Assembly (NCBI GenBank): GCA_047611865.1
Contig: JBLFWS010000023.1
Coordinates: forward strand, 1-30,471
DNA length: 30,471 bases
Direction: 5' to 3'
DNA from: Chlamydiales bacterium
GTDB lineage: Bacteria; Chlamydiota; Chlamydiia; Chlamydiales; JBDQID01
This document shows, in pieces, positions 1-8,223 of this stretch. Made by a program: the position numbers and the translations under genes. The notes beneath the pieces are model-generated. The model was not told the DNA's origin. It saw only the letters and a program-made list of their open reading frames with translations, and searched no databases. Within the stretch, counting starts at the first letter, position 1. Every line of letters starts with the position of its first letter.

Positions 1-3000
1 CGAAGTCTAGAGGGTTTTAAGCTGAAGAAGTCGAGCTCAAACACTTTGTCAGAGCTCTATATAGAGGGATTTATGAGGTACTTTCCACAGAAAATGATAA
101 ATTATCCTGCGAGCCGCCCATATCCTGCAGGTGAAATGTACTGTGTCACAAAGGTTAGCAGCTCTGACGCTCCTCAAAGAAATTATCAATACGAACGTCT
201 TCCCGGGTTACAAAGGAAAGTTTCTAAAGTAAGCGGACCCGACAATCGCTATCAACAGATTGAATACTACGCGTTAAATACAGCTAACCCTGTCCAGGAA
301 ATGGATATTCGAATTTCAAATGCAGCAGATTTTCGTTTAGGTAGAGTGCGCCGCATCCTCGAACCGAGAGGAGGTGGTACAGAGCCTCTTGTCGTTGCAA
401 GCTTTATCTATCACGAAACTCCGGGTAGCAAAGCTGGGTTTACAGAAGTCTATGATGCTCTATCTAATAAAACGATCTATCATTTCACTGAAGGACAGAG
501 ACTTAATAGTATTGAAAAATATGAAAAATCAGGACGGAAATACCATCTGTACTCAAAAGATAAGTTTTTCTGGGGAGATCCCGTGAGCAAAGATGAAGGA
601 AATATCCTTAGCCGAACTAAAGAAGACTCCTCAGGGAATATCCTACTATGCAAATCCTTTACGTACGACAATCACGGAAATGTCCTGGAAGAAAAATTAT
701 TTGGAAACCTCAGTGGCAACAATAATAACCCTGTTATTCTTGATTCTAAGGGAGCTGTTAGTTCTAAAAAACATTCTGATAGCTACTCCACAAAATACAG
801 TTATTCCAATGACGACTTTAACCACATGCTCAGTAAGCAAGAAGCAAATGGGAAAAATACTCATTACTCCTACAAAGCACAAACCCAACTCGTCACAAAA
901 AAATTTATTTGTGAAGGGCAACAATTGCGCAAACGCTACTTTTATGAATATGATGAGAACGGAATCCTCGTCAAAAGTATTGAGGATGACAATTCCGTCA
1001 GCGAAGACTCGGGAAATTTACAAAAGACCACCGAAAGAAGAAAAACTATTATCCACCCTCGAACAAGTTCTCCTGGCATGGGCCTGCCCGAGTGGGAAGA
1101 AGAATACTATTACGATTTTCACAAAAAGAAAGTCACCCTTCTCAAAAAGACTCTCAATACCTATGGCGAAAGGGATCGTTTAGCCAGTAGATCTTTTTTC
1201 GACGCTAACGGTAAAAAACAATATACCACAACATATTCCTATAATGAAAAAGGCTGGCTAACGAAAGAAGCTGACAGCAGAGGAAAAACCTGGATTCATC
1301 ATTACGATGCCAATGGAAACAAAACCTCCAGCATTTCTCCAGCAGGCATTGAAACTACTTTTACCTACGACTTCTCTAATCAACTGCTTTCAGAACAGGA
1401 AAAGAGTAAGGAAGGGACTTTCATCAAAAAGATCCGCTACGATTTAAATGGGAATATACTATCTTCAGAAGACACCTACGGCAATGAAACCCATTATTCC
1501 TATGACAGCTTCGGGCGTATCGTAAAACTTAGCCTACCCGCTCTGTCCCATGAAACAAAAAGAGCCCTTCGTCCTGAAATGCTCTATGACTACGATATCT
1601 TCAACAATCAAACATCTGTGACAGATCCAAAAGGCTACAGGACAGAAACTCAATATACCTTGCGAGGAGAGCCCTCTCGAATTCAATATCCCGACTCAAC
1701 TGTAGAAGAATTTGAATACTACCCAAACGGGACTCTTAAGAAAAAAACGGAAAAAGACTCTAGCTACAGCCTCTACCAAAGAGACTGGCAAGGAAAAGCT
1801 ACAGAAGTAAACACCTACTCATCCAAAAATAGACATCTCAAAGTTGAAAAAGCCACTTACTCAGCTTTTCAAATCCTTACCTCCGTGGATGGTGAAGGCC
1901 AAATTACTCAATATCAATACGACGGTGCAGGTCGTATTATAGAAGAGTCCGTGGAAGAAAAGAAAACGTCTTATTCCTATGACCCAATGGGGAATTGTCA
2001 CAAAATCATCACACACCATGGGAACAACGCAACGGAAAATATCATTGCCTACAAGGAATTTGATATTTTTGGCCGCCTTATTGCTGAGAGCTTGGAAAAC
2101 GGTCAAAACCAGCTAATGCGGAAATCAAACTATGAGTACGATATCAATGATAATCGTACGAAAGTAATCAAGTTTCTCGAATCAGGTCCATCCATTGAAA
2201 ACACTCTTTACAATTCACGCAATGAAAAGGTCAGTATTAGCGATCCGTTAGGAAATACCACAAGAATTGTCTATAAATACACTCATCAAAATACCCTCGG
2301 ACAAAGATCTCGTTCTGTTACAGTCACTGACCCCAACGGTTATATTGCTCAAACAACAGTAGACGGATTGGGGAACATTGAAAGCCTTTGCAAAAGGAAC
2401 CCCGCTGGAAAAATTGTAGATAAAAAAACTTTTTACTACGATGGGAACGGCAATAAAACCCGTGAAAATCATGAAGTATATGCAGCCTCGTCCAAACTTT
2501 ATGATGTAACAAGCCTCTGGCAATATGGCCCCGAAGACCGCCTCGAAAAACTGATAGAAGCTTACGGATGCAAAGAACAAAAAATCACGACATATTCCTA
2601 TAACCGTAGTGGACAGCTATGGAGAACAAACAAGCCCAATGGAGTAAGTCTCAGCAGAACTTACGATGCATTCGGACGTTTAGAAAGCATTCAAAGCTCC
2701 GATGGATCCATCCATGATAGCTACTCATACAATCGAGAAGACAAGCTCCTGAGTATCGAGGACCATGTTAACAAGCGCAAAACTCTGCGGTCCTATGACA
2801 AATACTATAGACTTATCGGTGAAACCCTTGATAATGGGATACCCATAAATTTTTCCTACGACCATATGGACCGCTGCCGGAGTATGAACCTGTCTGATGC
2901 TTCATCTGTAGAATATCTCTATGACGGAATAAACCCAAAAGAGATCATCAGGAAAAACAGTTCCGGAAGCGAAATCTATCGCCATAGCTTCGTTCAGCAT

Positions 3001-4773
3001 GATCTCTGTGGAAACACCTCAAAAGAAAAATTAATACTAAATACCGGAGAACGTATTACAAAGCGGGACAAACTAGGACGCTGTGCAAGCCTTGAGTCCA
3101 CACACCATGCCTGGACAATCCCCAAAAATGGCTTTGATGCCGCAGGTAATCTCAAAGAAATTACTGTAACAGACGGACTTGGGTCCTATACTGGAGCCTT
3201 TTCTTATGATGACAATTATCACCTGTCTTCAGAGTCCGGAGCTTTAACTAACACCTATCAGTTTGATTCCCGTGACAATAGACTAAGAAAAAACACCGAC
3301 AATTATAGTCATAACCGGATCGACTCCTTACTGAACGATGGAAAGGCAAGCTACACCTATGATTCTTGCGGAAACCTTTTGAGTAAAAAGATTGGAAGCA
3401 AAGAGATAAAGTATGCTTACGACGCCTATGACAGACTTTTATCTGTAAAAGAAGAAGAAAACCTTTTTGTCTCCTATCAATATGACGGCACTCACCGCAG
3501 GACAGGGAAAAAGGTCTTTATATGGGATAGCGGCAGCTCTTCATGGTTAGAGAAATCTCATTTGCGCTTTCTTTACAACGGTGAACTAGAAATTGGCTCT
3601 GTTGGGGAGAATGGAGAAATCCTCGAATTTCGTACTTTAAACAATAAAAATTCTGATATCGGAGCATCTGTCGCAGTGGAACTTGAAGGTAAAGTATACC
3701 TTCCCATTCACGACTATAGAGGCTCCGTAGCGGCTTTGGTAGATCCCGATACAAACGAAATAATGGAATGTTTTCGTTACAGTGCCTTTGGTGAAGAGTT
3801 AATTTATGACAATGAAGGCATTAGAATTGATAGTTCGCAACTTGGAAACCCCTGGAGGTATTCCAACAAGCGTGTTGATGATGAAATGGGACTCGTATTT
3901 TTCGGAAAAAGATATTATGCTCCCTCCATTGGAAGATGGATTACACCCGATCCCACTGGTTTTGCTGATGGTCCTAATTTATACGCCTATGTCCACAATA
4001 AGCCCTTAACACTGTTTGATCCACAAGGTTTGGCCTCTTTTAAAACAAACCCCGATCTTTTCCAAAAATATACAGAACTTGGAAAGTATGAAACAACCTT
4101 GAACCAAAAAGAGTTGCAATATGTCGTAGACTACGCCTCCCGGGATTTGGGGCGTTACGAATTTGTAACAGATGGGTACGAGCTATCGAGAGGAATTGTT
4201 TCAATCGGGAATGGCATGTGGAATTGTAAAAGTGAGTCAATGGAAAGTGGTCAGCACCTCTCAAATCTTGGCCATGGATGCAAAGTCATGGGGGTTTATA
4301 ATGACAGCCGTGGGCCTGGCGCTCTAAAACTTTTTACTGAATATCTGGGATACAAAACAAATGGTGTGATGAACTTGAGGACAATGTTTTGCAGGGGCTA
4401 TCTTGACTTAGCACCCGTACGGGCGGAAGGGCATGAGACAGGACACTTCCATCGTTCACACAGCCAAAATGGCATCGAAACTGTTGGAGCTTTACGGCCA
4501 CTTCCTAAAGCTGTACAGGATCATATTAAAGTCGTGAATGTTAATGCAGGAAGAATAGTCCCTGGACATATCTGTGGAGACAGCTTAAATTTTCGGAGTA
4601 GTGGTGACCTCGTTTCTTTGCTAGATTTGATCGGGTTAGCCCGATTTGGGGATCAAGTGGAAACAATTCAAAGACATGAGCCAGGATTATTTCATGATCA
4701 TGTTTGTGATGGCCTTACAATGGATGGTCCTGTGAAGTTTTCTCTAGATACATTTTTTGATAAATACCTGTGA
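1..4773 (+). CDS. Rhs/YD-repeat polymorphic toxin with alpha/beta-hydrolase-like C-terminal domain (probably 5'-truncated by the window edge)
   Basis: Many YD repeats (YDxxGN/YDxxGR). Rhs core signature YFGKRYYAPSIGRWITPDPTGFADGPNLYAYVHNKPLTLFDPQGL ends at 4032, followed by a ~246-aa variable tail. The ORF track starts at TTG 46, but the frame appears open to base 1. Confidence 0.93.
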   Translation, partial: RSLEGFKLKKSSSNTLSELYIEGFMRYFPQKMINYPASRPYPAGEMYCVTKVSSSDAPQRNYQYERLPGLQRKVSKVSGPDNRYQQIEYYALNTANPVQEMDIRISNAADFRLGRVRRILEPRGGGTEPLVVASFIYHETPGSKAGFTEVYDALSNKTIYHFTEGQRLNSIEKYEKSGRKYHLYSKDKFFWGDPVSKDEGNILSRTKEDSSGNILLCKSFTYDNHGNVLEEKLFGNLSGNNNNPVILDSKGAVSSKKHSDSYSTKYSYSNDDFNHMLSKQEANGKNTHYSYKAQTQLVTKKFICEGQQLRKRYFYEYDENGILVKSIEDDNSVSEDSGNLQKTTERRKTIIHPRTSSPGMGLPEWEEEYYYDFHKKKVTLLKKTLNTYGERDRLASRSFFDANGKKQYTTTYSYNEKGWLTKEADSRGKTWIHHYDANGNKTSSISPAGIETTFTYDFSNQLLSEQEKSKEGTFIKKIRYDLNGNILSSEDTYGNETHYSYDSFGRIVKLSLPALSHETKRALRPEMLYDYDIFNNQTSVTDPKGYRTETQYTLRGEPSRIQYPDSTVEEFEYYPNGTLKKKTEKDSSYSLYQRDWQGKATEVNTYSSKNRHLKVEKATYSAFQILTSVDGEGQITQYQYDGAGRIIEESVEEKKTSYSYDPMGNCHKIITHHGNNATENIIAYKEFDIFGRLIAESLENGQNQLMRKSNYEYDINDNRTKVIKFLESGPSIENTLYNSRNEKVSISDPLGNTTRIVYKYTHQNTLGQRSRSVTVTDPNGYIAQTTVDGLGNIESLCKRNPAGKIVDKKTFYYDGNGNKTRENHEVYAASSKLYDVTSLWQYGPEDRLEKLIEAYGCKEQKITTYSYNRSGQLWRTNKPNGVSLSRTYDAFGRLESIQSSDGSIHDSYSYNREDKLLSIEDHVNKRKTLRSYDKYYRLIGETLDNGIPINFSYDHMDRCRSMNLSDASSVEYLYDGINPKEIIRKNSSGSEIYRHSFVQHDLCGNTSKEKLILNTGERITKRDKLGRCASLESTHHAWTIPKNGFDAAGNLKEITVTDGLGSYTGAFSYDDNYHLSSESGALTNTYQFDSRDNRLRKNTDNYSHNRIDSLLNDGKASYTYDSCGNLLSKKIGSKEIKYAYDAYDRLLSVKEEENLFVSYQYDGTHRRTGKKVFIWDSGSSSWLEKSHLRFLYNGELEIGSVGENGEILEFRTLNNKNSDIGASVAVELEGKVYLPIHDYRGSVAALVDPDTNEIMECFRYSAFGEELIYDNEGIRIDSSQLGNPWRYSNKRVDDEMGLVFFGKRYYAPSIGRWITPDPTGFADGPNLYAYVHNKPLTLFDPQGLASFKTNPDLFQKYTELGKYETTLNQKELQYVVDYASRDLGRYEFVTDGYELSRGIVSIGNGMWNCKSESMESGQHLSNLGHGCKVMGVYNDSRGPGALKLFTEYLGYKTNGVMNLRTMFCRGYLDLAPVRAEGHETGHFHRSHSQNGIETVGALRPLPKAVQDHIKVVNVNAGRIVPGHICGDSLNFRSSGDLVSLLDLIGLARFGDQVETIQRHEPGLFHDHVCDGLTMDGPVKFSLDTFFDKYL

Positions 4774-4780
4774 GGGAATT

Positions 4781-5314
4781 ATGAAAGTTCGCATATATGT
4801 TTTTATTGCCTTGTTGGCCTTAATATTGACCGGATGTAGCTTATTTAAAAGAGGCTACCCCGAGATGGCCCATGCCATTACTTTGAGGACTGCGAAGCAA
4901 TTTGCAGATGAAAAAGGAATGTCTCTTGTGGGTACTGGTGGTGGAATGATAGACCAAGTTAATAGATTGTCTATGTACCTCTATCATTCTCCTCCACTCA
5001 AAGTTTCCGAAGCTCGAAAGCTGGCATTGTATGTTGTTGATAGATACCTGGAAAATGTCAATTCAGATGAAAAAATTCGTCCGTTTCTCAATAATCACCC
5101 TTTCCTTGTCCAAGATCTAACAGTTTACATCAGCTTTAGATATCCGAACGGATCTGAGGTTTCTCCCGGAGAACTAGCTCAGGTCACCATCAGTGAAGGT
5201 ATGTTTATTTATAAAACTCTCAAAAAATTCACTGCAGCCAATGGAGAAAAACTACTAATTCCAGAGAAAATGTTCAAAGAGACCATCGACGAGGCCAGAG
5301 AACTTGTAAAATGA
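4781..5314 (+). CDS. Lipoprotein, putative immunity protein for the upstream Rhs toxin
   Basis: ATG 4781 follows a GAGGGA RBS, 7 nt after the Rhs stop. Signal peptide II MKVRIYVFIALLALILTG-C with an LTGC lipobox. The immunity role is inferred from position. Confidence 0.8.
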   Translation: MKVRIYVFIALLALILTGCSLFKRGYPEMAHAITLRTAKQFADEKGMSLVGTGGGMIDQVNRLSMYLYHSPPLKVSEARKLALYVVDRYLENVNSDEKIRPFLNNHPFLVQDLTVYISFRYPNGSEVSPGELAQVTISEGMFIYKTLKKFTAANGEKLLIPEKMFKETIDEARELVK

Positions 5315-5525
5315 AGCAAAATAATTTCCCCTCGCGACAAGCTGATGAAGTATCCCGAATTAACAGAGCTCGGTCAGAAAAAAGTCGAAACTATCAGAAA
5401 GGGCCAACACTTTATTAGCAAATACCAAACTTGCCTCCAATTTTGGAAAAGTAAGATTCACGATCTTCAACAAGCTTAATTTAAATGACTAGGAAAACAA
5501 CCTCTAACTCATTAATGAGGAAACA

Positions 5526-6893
5526 ATGTTAAGTAATTTGCTATTAGCAGCCTCTCTGCTTTTTCAACAAGATATAACGATGACGAACTATGGAAGTCGC
5601 GAGAGAGCTAGTGACTCGGCTGATAACTTTATTGTTGCTGCCCAAGAATTTCCTGAAGAAGTAAAAGTTCTTGAAGTACAATTTTCCGATGAATGCATGG
5701 GTGATTTAACGGCTTACAATGCAAAAATCATCTGCAATGTGAAAGAAAAAGAAAAAACCCTAGAAAAAATTTCCTTGAAGTCGATCCATAACCAGTACGG
5801 AGATTTAGATTGTTCAATGCCTAAGGCTGCTTATAAGGGCAATATGGAAAGAGTTAAAACACTCTTAGATCAAGGAGAAGAGGTTAATCAGAAGGAACAA
5901 AAAGGCTATACATCTTTGCATTTAGCATCGTTGCGAGGCAAGACAAAGATTGTCGAGCTTTTACTTGATAGAGGAGCTGACATTAACTTAGAAGCAGAAG
6001 ACGGCAAAACTGCCCTACATTTGGCTTCTCTACTTGGGAAAACAAGTACAGCAAATGTTTTGATTGAACACAGTGCTAATCTCGAAGCCCGGGAAATTGC
6101 TGGGGCCACCCCCTTACTTGAAGCAGCCTTTGGTGGGCACGAGAAAATGATTGATTTACTGTTGAGTAAGGGAGCAATCCTGGAAGCAAAATCCGATAAA
6201 GCTAGAACAGCTTTGCATACAGCGGCAGTAGCAGGACGTTTAGATGCCATTAAAATCCTTTTGAAATGGAGCGCTGATAAAGAAGCATTGGATTACCTGA
6301 ACTTAACACCCGTGATGACAGCTTCAGATTTTGGTAATGTTGAAATAGCTATTTATCTCCTTGAAAATGGAGCGTCACTTGGTTTTGGAAAAAAACTTCT
6401 ATTTGATCCAGCAATAATTAATGGCCAAACAGAGCTAGTACAGTATCTCATTAAAAATGCTTATAATCTGGAAAGCGTAAATGAATTTAGTTTTACCCCT
6501 TTTAATCTTGCTACCTGCTTAAAGAAATTTGACATCGCAGAGATGCTTTTAAAAGCTAAAGTATCCGTAACAACCCCCGATAAAAATCAAACTACACCCT
6601 TACATTATGCTGTTTTCGGTGGCTGTACTTCCAGTTTTGTATCAGAGATTCTCCAGAGAGGTGCAGATATAAACGCCAAAGAGCAATTTCTAAATACACC
6701 TCTACAGGTAGCGGCAAAAGCAGGCTACTATGAACTCGTTTCAGTTTTGCTTGAAAATGGAGCTGAGACAAGTCATCAAAATGTCAAAGGAATGACGGCC
6801 TTAAACTATGCCAAAGAAGAAGGGCACACAAAGATAGTTCAACTTATTACTGAGCATATAGAGAAGCAACATTTTAAAATGCATAGCTCGTGA
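5526..6893 (+). CDS. Ankyrin-repeat protein with hydrophobic N-terminus (possibly exported)
   Basis: About 10 ankyrin repeats (GYTSLHLAS, GKTALHLAS, GATPLLEAA, TALHTAA, TTPLHYAV, NTPLQVAA, GMTALNYA). GAGG RBS upstream. N-terminus MLSNLLLAASLLF. Confidence 0.92.
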   Translation: MLSNLLLAASLLFQQDITMTNYGSRERASDSADNFIVAAQEFPEEVKVLEVQFSDECMGDLTAYNAKIICNVKEKEKTLEKISLKSIHNQYGDLDCSMPKAAYKGNMERVKTLLDQGEEVNQKEQKGYTSLHLASLRGKTKIVELLLDRGADINLEAEDGKTALHLASLLGKTSTANVLIEHSANLEAREIAGATPLLEAAFGGHEKMIDLLLSKGAILEAKSDKARTALHTAAVAGRLDAIKILLKWSADKEALDYLNLTPVMTASDFGNVEIAIYLLENGASLGFGKKLLFDPAIINGQTELVQYLIKNAYNLESVNEFSFTPFNLATCLKKFDIAEMLLKAKVSVTTPDKNQTTPLHYAVFGGCTSSFVSEILQRGADINAKEQFLNTPLQVAAKAGYYELVSVLLENGAETSHQNVKGMTALNYAKEEGHTKIVQLITEHIEKQHFKMHSS

Positions 6894-7001
6894 CTTGTCA
6901 CTCACATGAGCATTGTTGCATATATATTTTCCAGGCAATAATATGAAAAAAAATTATCTTATCCTACTTCTTATTTTTTTAACATCGTGTGATCCTACTC
7001 C

Positions 7002-7230
7002 CAGCAATTCCCGGTGTTTTTGACGTTGATAATAAAGGTGTTATAAATTAAAAAAGACACTTTAAAAAACCAAAAAGAGGCTCACAATGGATTCTGAGGT
7101 ATTCAAAGAAAAATTTTTAAAACCAAAAATTTTGCTGCGGAAATAATTTTAAATCCCCCCCTTTTCTCGAGAGAAAAGAGGGGGATTTTTTAGCTTTTTC
7201 AAGGTCTAAAAATAACACCGGGAATTGCTG
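7002..7230. mobile_element. 229-bp non-autonomous miniature inverted-repeat transposable element (MITE)
   Basis: Perfect 17-bp terminal IRs CAGCAATTCCCGGTGTT (7002-7018) and AACACCGGGAATTGCTG (7214-7230). Flanked by the 9-bp direct repeat TCCTACTCC (6993-7001 and 7231-7239). No transposase inside. Confidence 0.95.
7151..7191 (+). terminator. Rho-independent terminator-like hairpin inside the MITE
   Basis: AAATCCCCCCCTTTTCTC-GA-GAGAAAAGAGGGGGATTT: 18-bp inverted repeat with one mismatch, running into a T tract. Confidence 0.75.
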
Positions 7231-7752
7231 TCCTACTCCACAAGAGCCCGAACCTGGTCGACAGGCAAGAAGGGTTCTACGTGAACATTCAGACTATTTG
7301 ATATCTGAACAGAAAATTTACTCTGCTAGTTCAGGTGGGAATTTTCTAGAAAGTGTAAAAAATATGTCATCACATTATTGGGTGTATGGGGAATCGACAA
7401 TTGAAGATGCACGAAAATTAAGTATATGCATCTTAGAAGGGCTTATTGAGAAGGTCAACAACGATCCAAAGTTGCATCCGTTTTTACTGAGCCATCCTTT
7501 CAGCCACGATAAATTCGGCCTCCTCCTCTCCTATGATATCATCGATAAGGATGGGTTTTATAAACACCCACCCTATCCCAAACTAGGTATAGTAATCATG
7601 GCAAACGGAAAATTCTTTTATGATACATTTAACCCTGATGGTCCCAAACAAGCAAAGTTTGAAACCCTTCACGAAGAAACATATGAAGAAGCACTAGAAA
7701 TTGTACTTGGCAAGACTACATGCGATACAGAAACAAAATTAAAAAAGGGACC

Positions 7753-8169
7753 ATGAACGAGAACCTAAATACAAAACCAAAAATAGTCAAGGTAGCCGTA
7801 AAACTTCTTTACCTTGGTTTTCTTCTTTCCATGCTTTATAATTTTTCCGGATTAGAAAGTCCTAATCTTATTCTTTTCTTCTTCTACTTCGGAGGTCTTT
7901 TCTTCTTAACCTATTTAATTGGGATAGGGAATAGCTGGGCTCGTGTCCCTATTTTAGCATTGAATTTCTTAGAGGGATATCATGCAGGTCTTCAACTATT
8001 GATAGGCTTACTTGTAAATCCTCGTTTATTAGCTATTCCAATAGGAATAACACTTATACAACTCCTAGCTCTTTTTCTTCTTTTCCAAAAAGCCTCTTCA
8101 GACTGGTTTAAGGATATAAAATTAGAGAAGAAATATCAAAAAATGGCTAGAGGAAAACCAGCCATCTAA
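7753..8169 (+). CDS. Small integral membrane protein (about 4 TM helices), unknown function
   Basis: ATG 7753 overlaps the upstream TGA (ATGA coupling), so it is preferred over 7720. Four hydrophobic segments, WAR motif and a terminal SxxWF motif. Confidence 0.8.
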   Translation: MNENLNTKPKIVKVAVKLLYLGFLLSMLYNFSGLESPNLILFFFYFGGLFFLTYLIGIGNSWARVPILALNFLEGYHAGLQLLIGLLVNPRLLAIPIGITLIQLLALFLLFQKASSDWFKDIKLEKKYQKMARGKPAI

Positions 8170-8223
8170 ACAAGCCTGCAAGCTAAAAACGTTAGTATCG
8201 AAAGGATCAGACGCCCCCCATTA

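Larger units (their letters stand above)
6943..7756 (+). pseudogene. Lipoprotein paralogous to 4781..5314, interrupted by a MITE
   Basis: 6943-7001 encodes MKKNYLILLLIFLTS-CDPTP (LTSC lipobox). Removing 7002-7239 joins it in frame through QEPEPGRQARRVLREHSDY to ORF 7298..7756, giving 191 aa. It shares GG, ARKL, VNxDxKxxPFLxxHPF and ETxxEAxE motifs with the first lipoprotein. With the insertion present, translation stops at TGA 7021-7023. Confidence 0.9.

Noticed and set aside
374..4264. Short alternative-frame and antisense ORFs within the first Rhs gene
   Set aside because: Fully nested in a long, motif-rich CDS, with no recognisable domains.
5315..5479. Open frame continuing after the lipoprotein TGA (44-aa ORF from ATG 5345), possible readthrough or remnant
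   Set aside because: Short, with no convincing RBS or motif. The paralogous lipoprotein ends at a similar position, so readthrough is unsupported.
6890..6910. Tiny palindromes GTGAC-TT-GTCAC and CTCA-CA-TGAG after the ankyrin gene
   Set aside because: Stems of 4-5 bp are expected by chance.
7298..7756. ORF-track call of an independent 152-aa gene starting at TTG
   Set aside because: It is the 3' part of the MITE-interrupted lipoprotein that starts at 6943.
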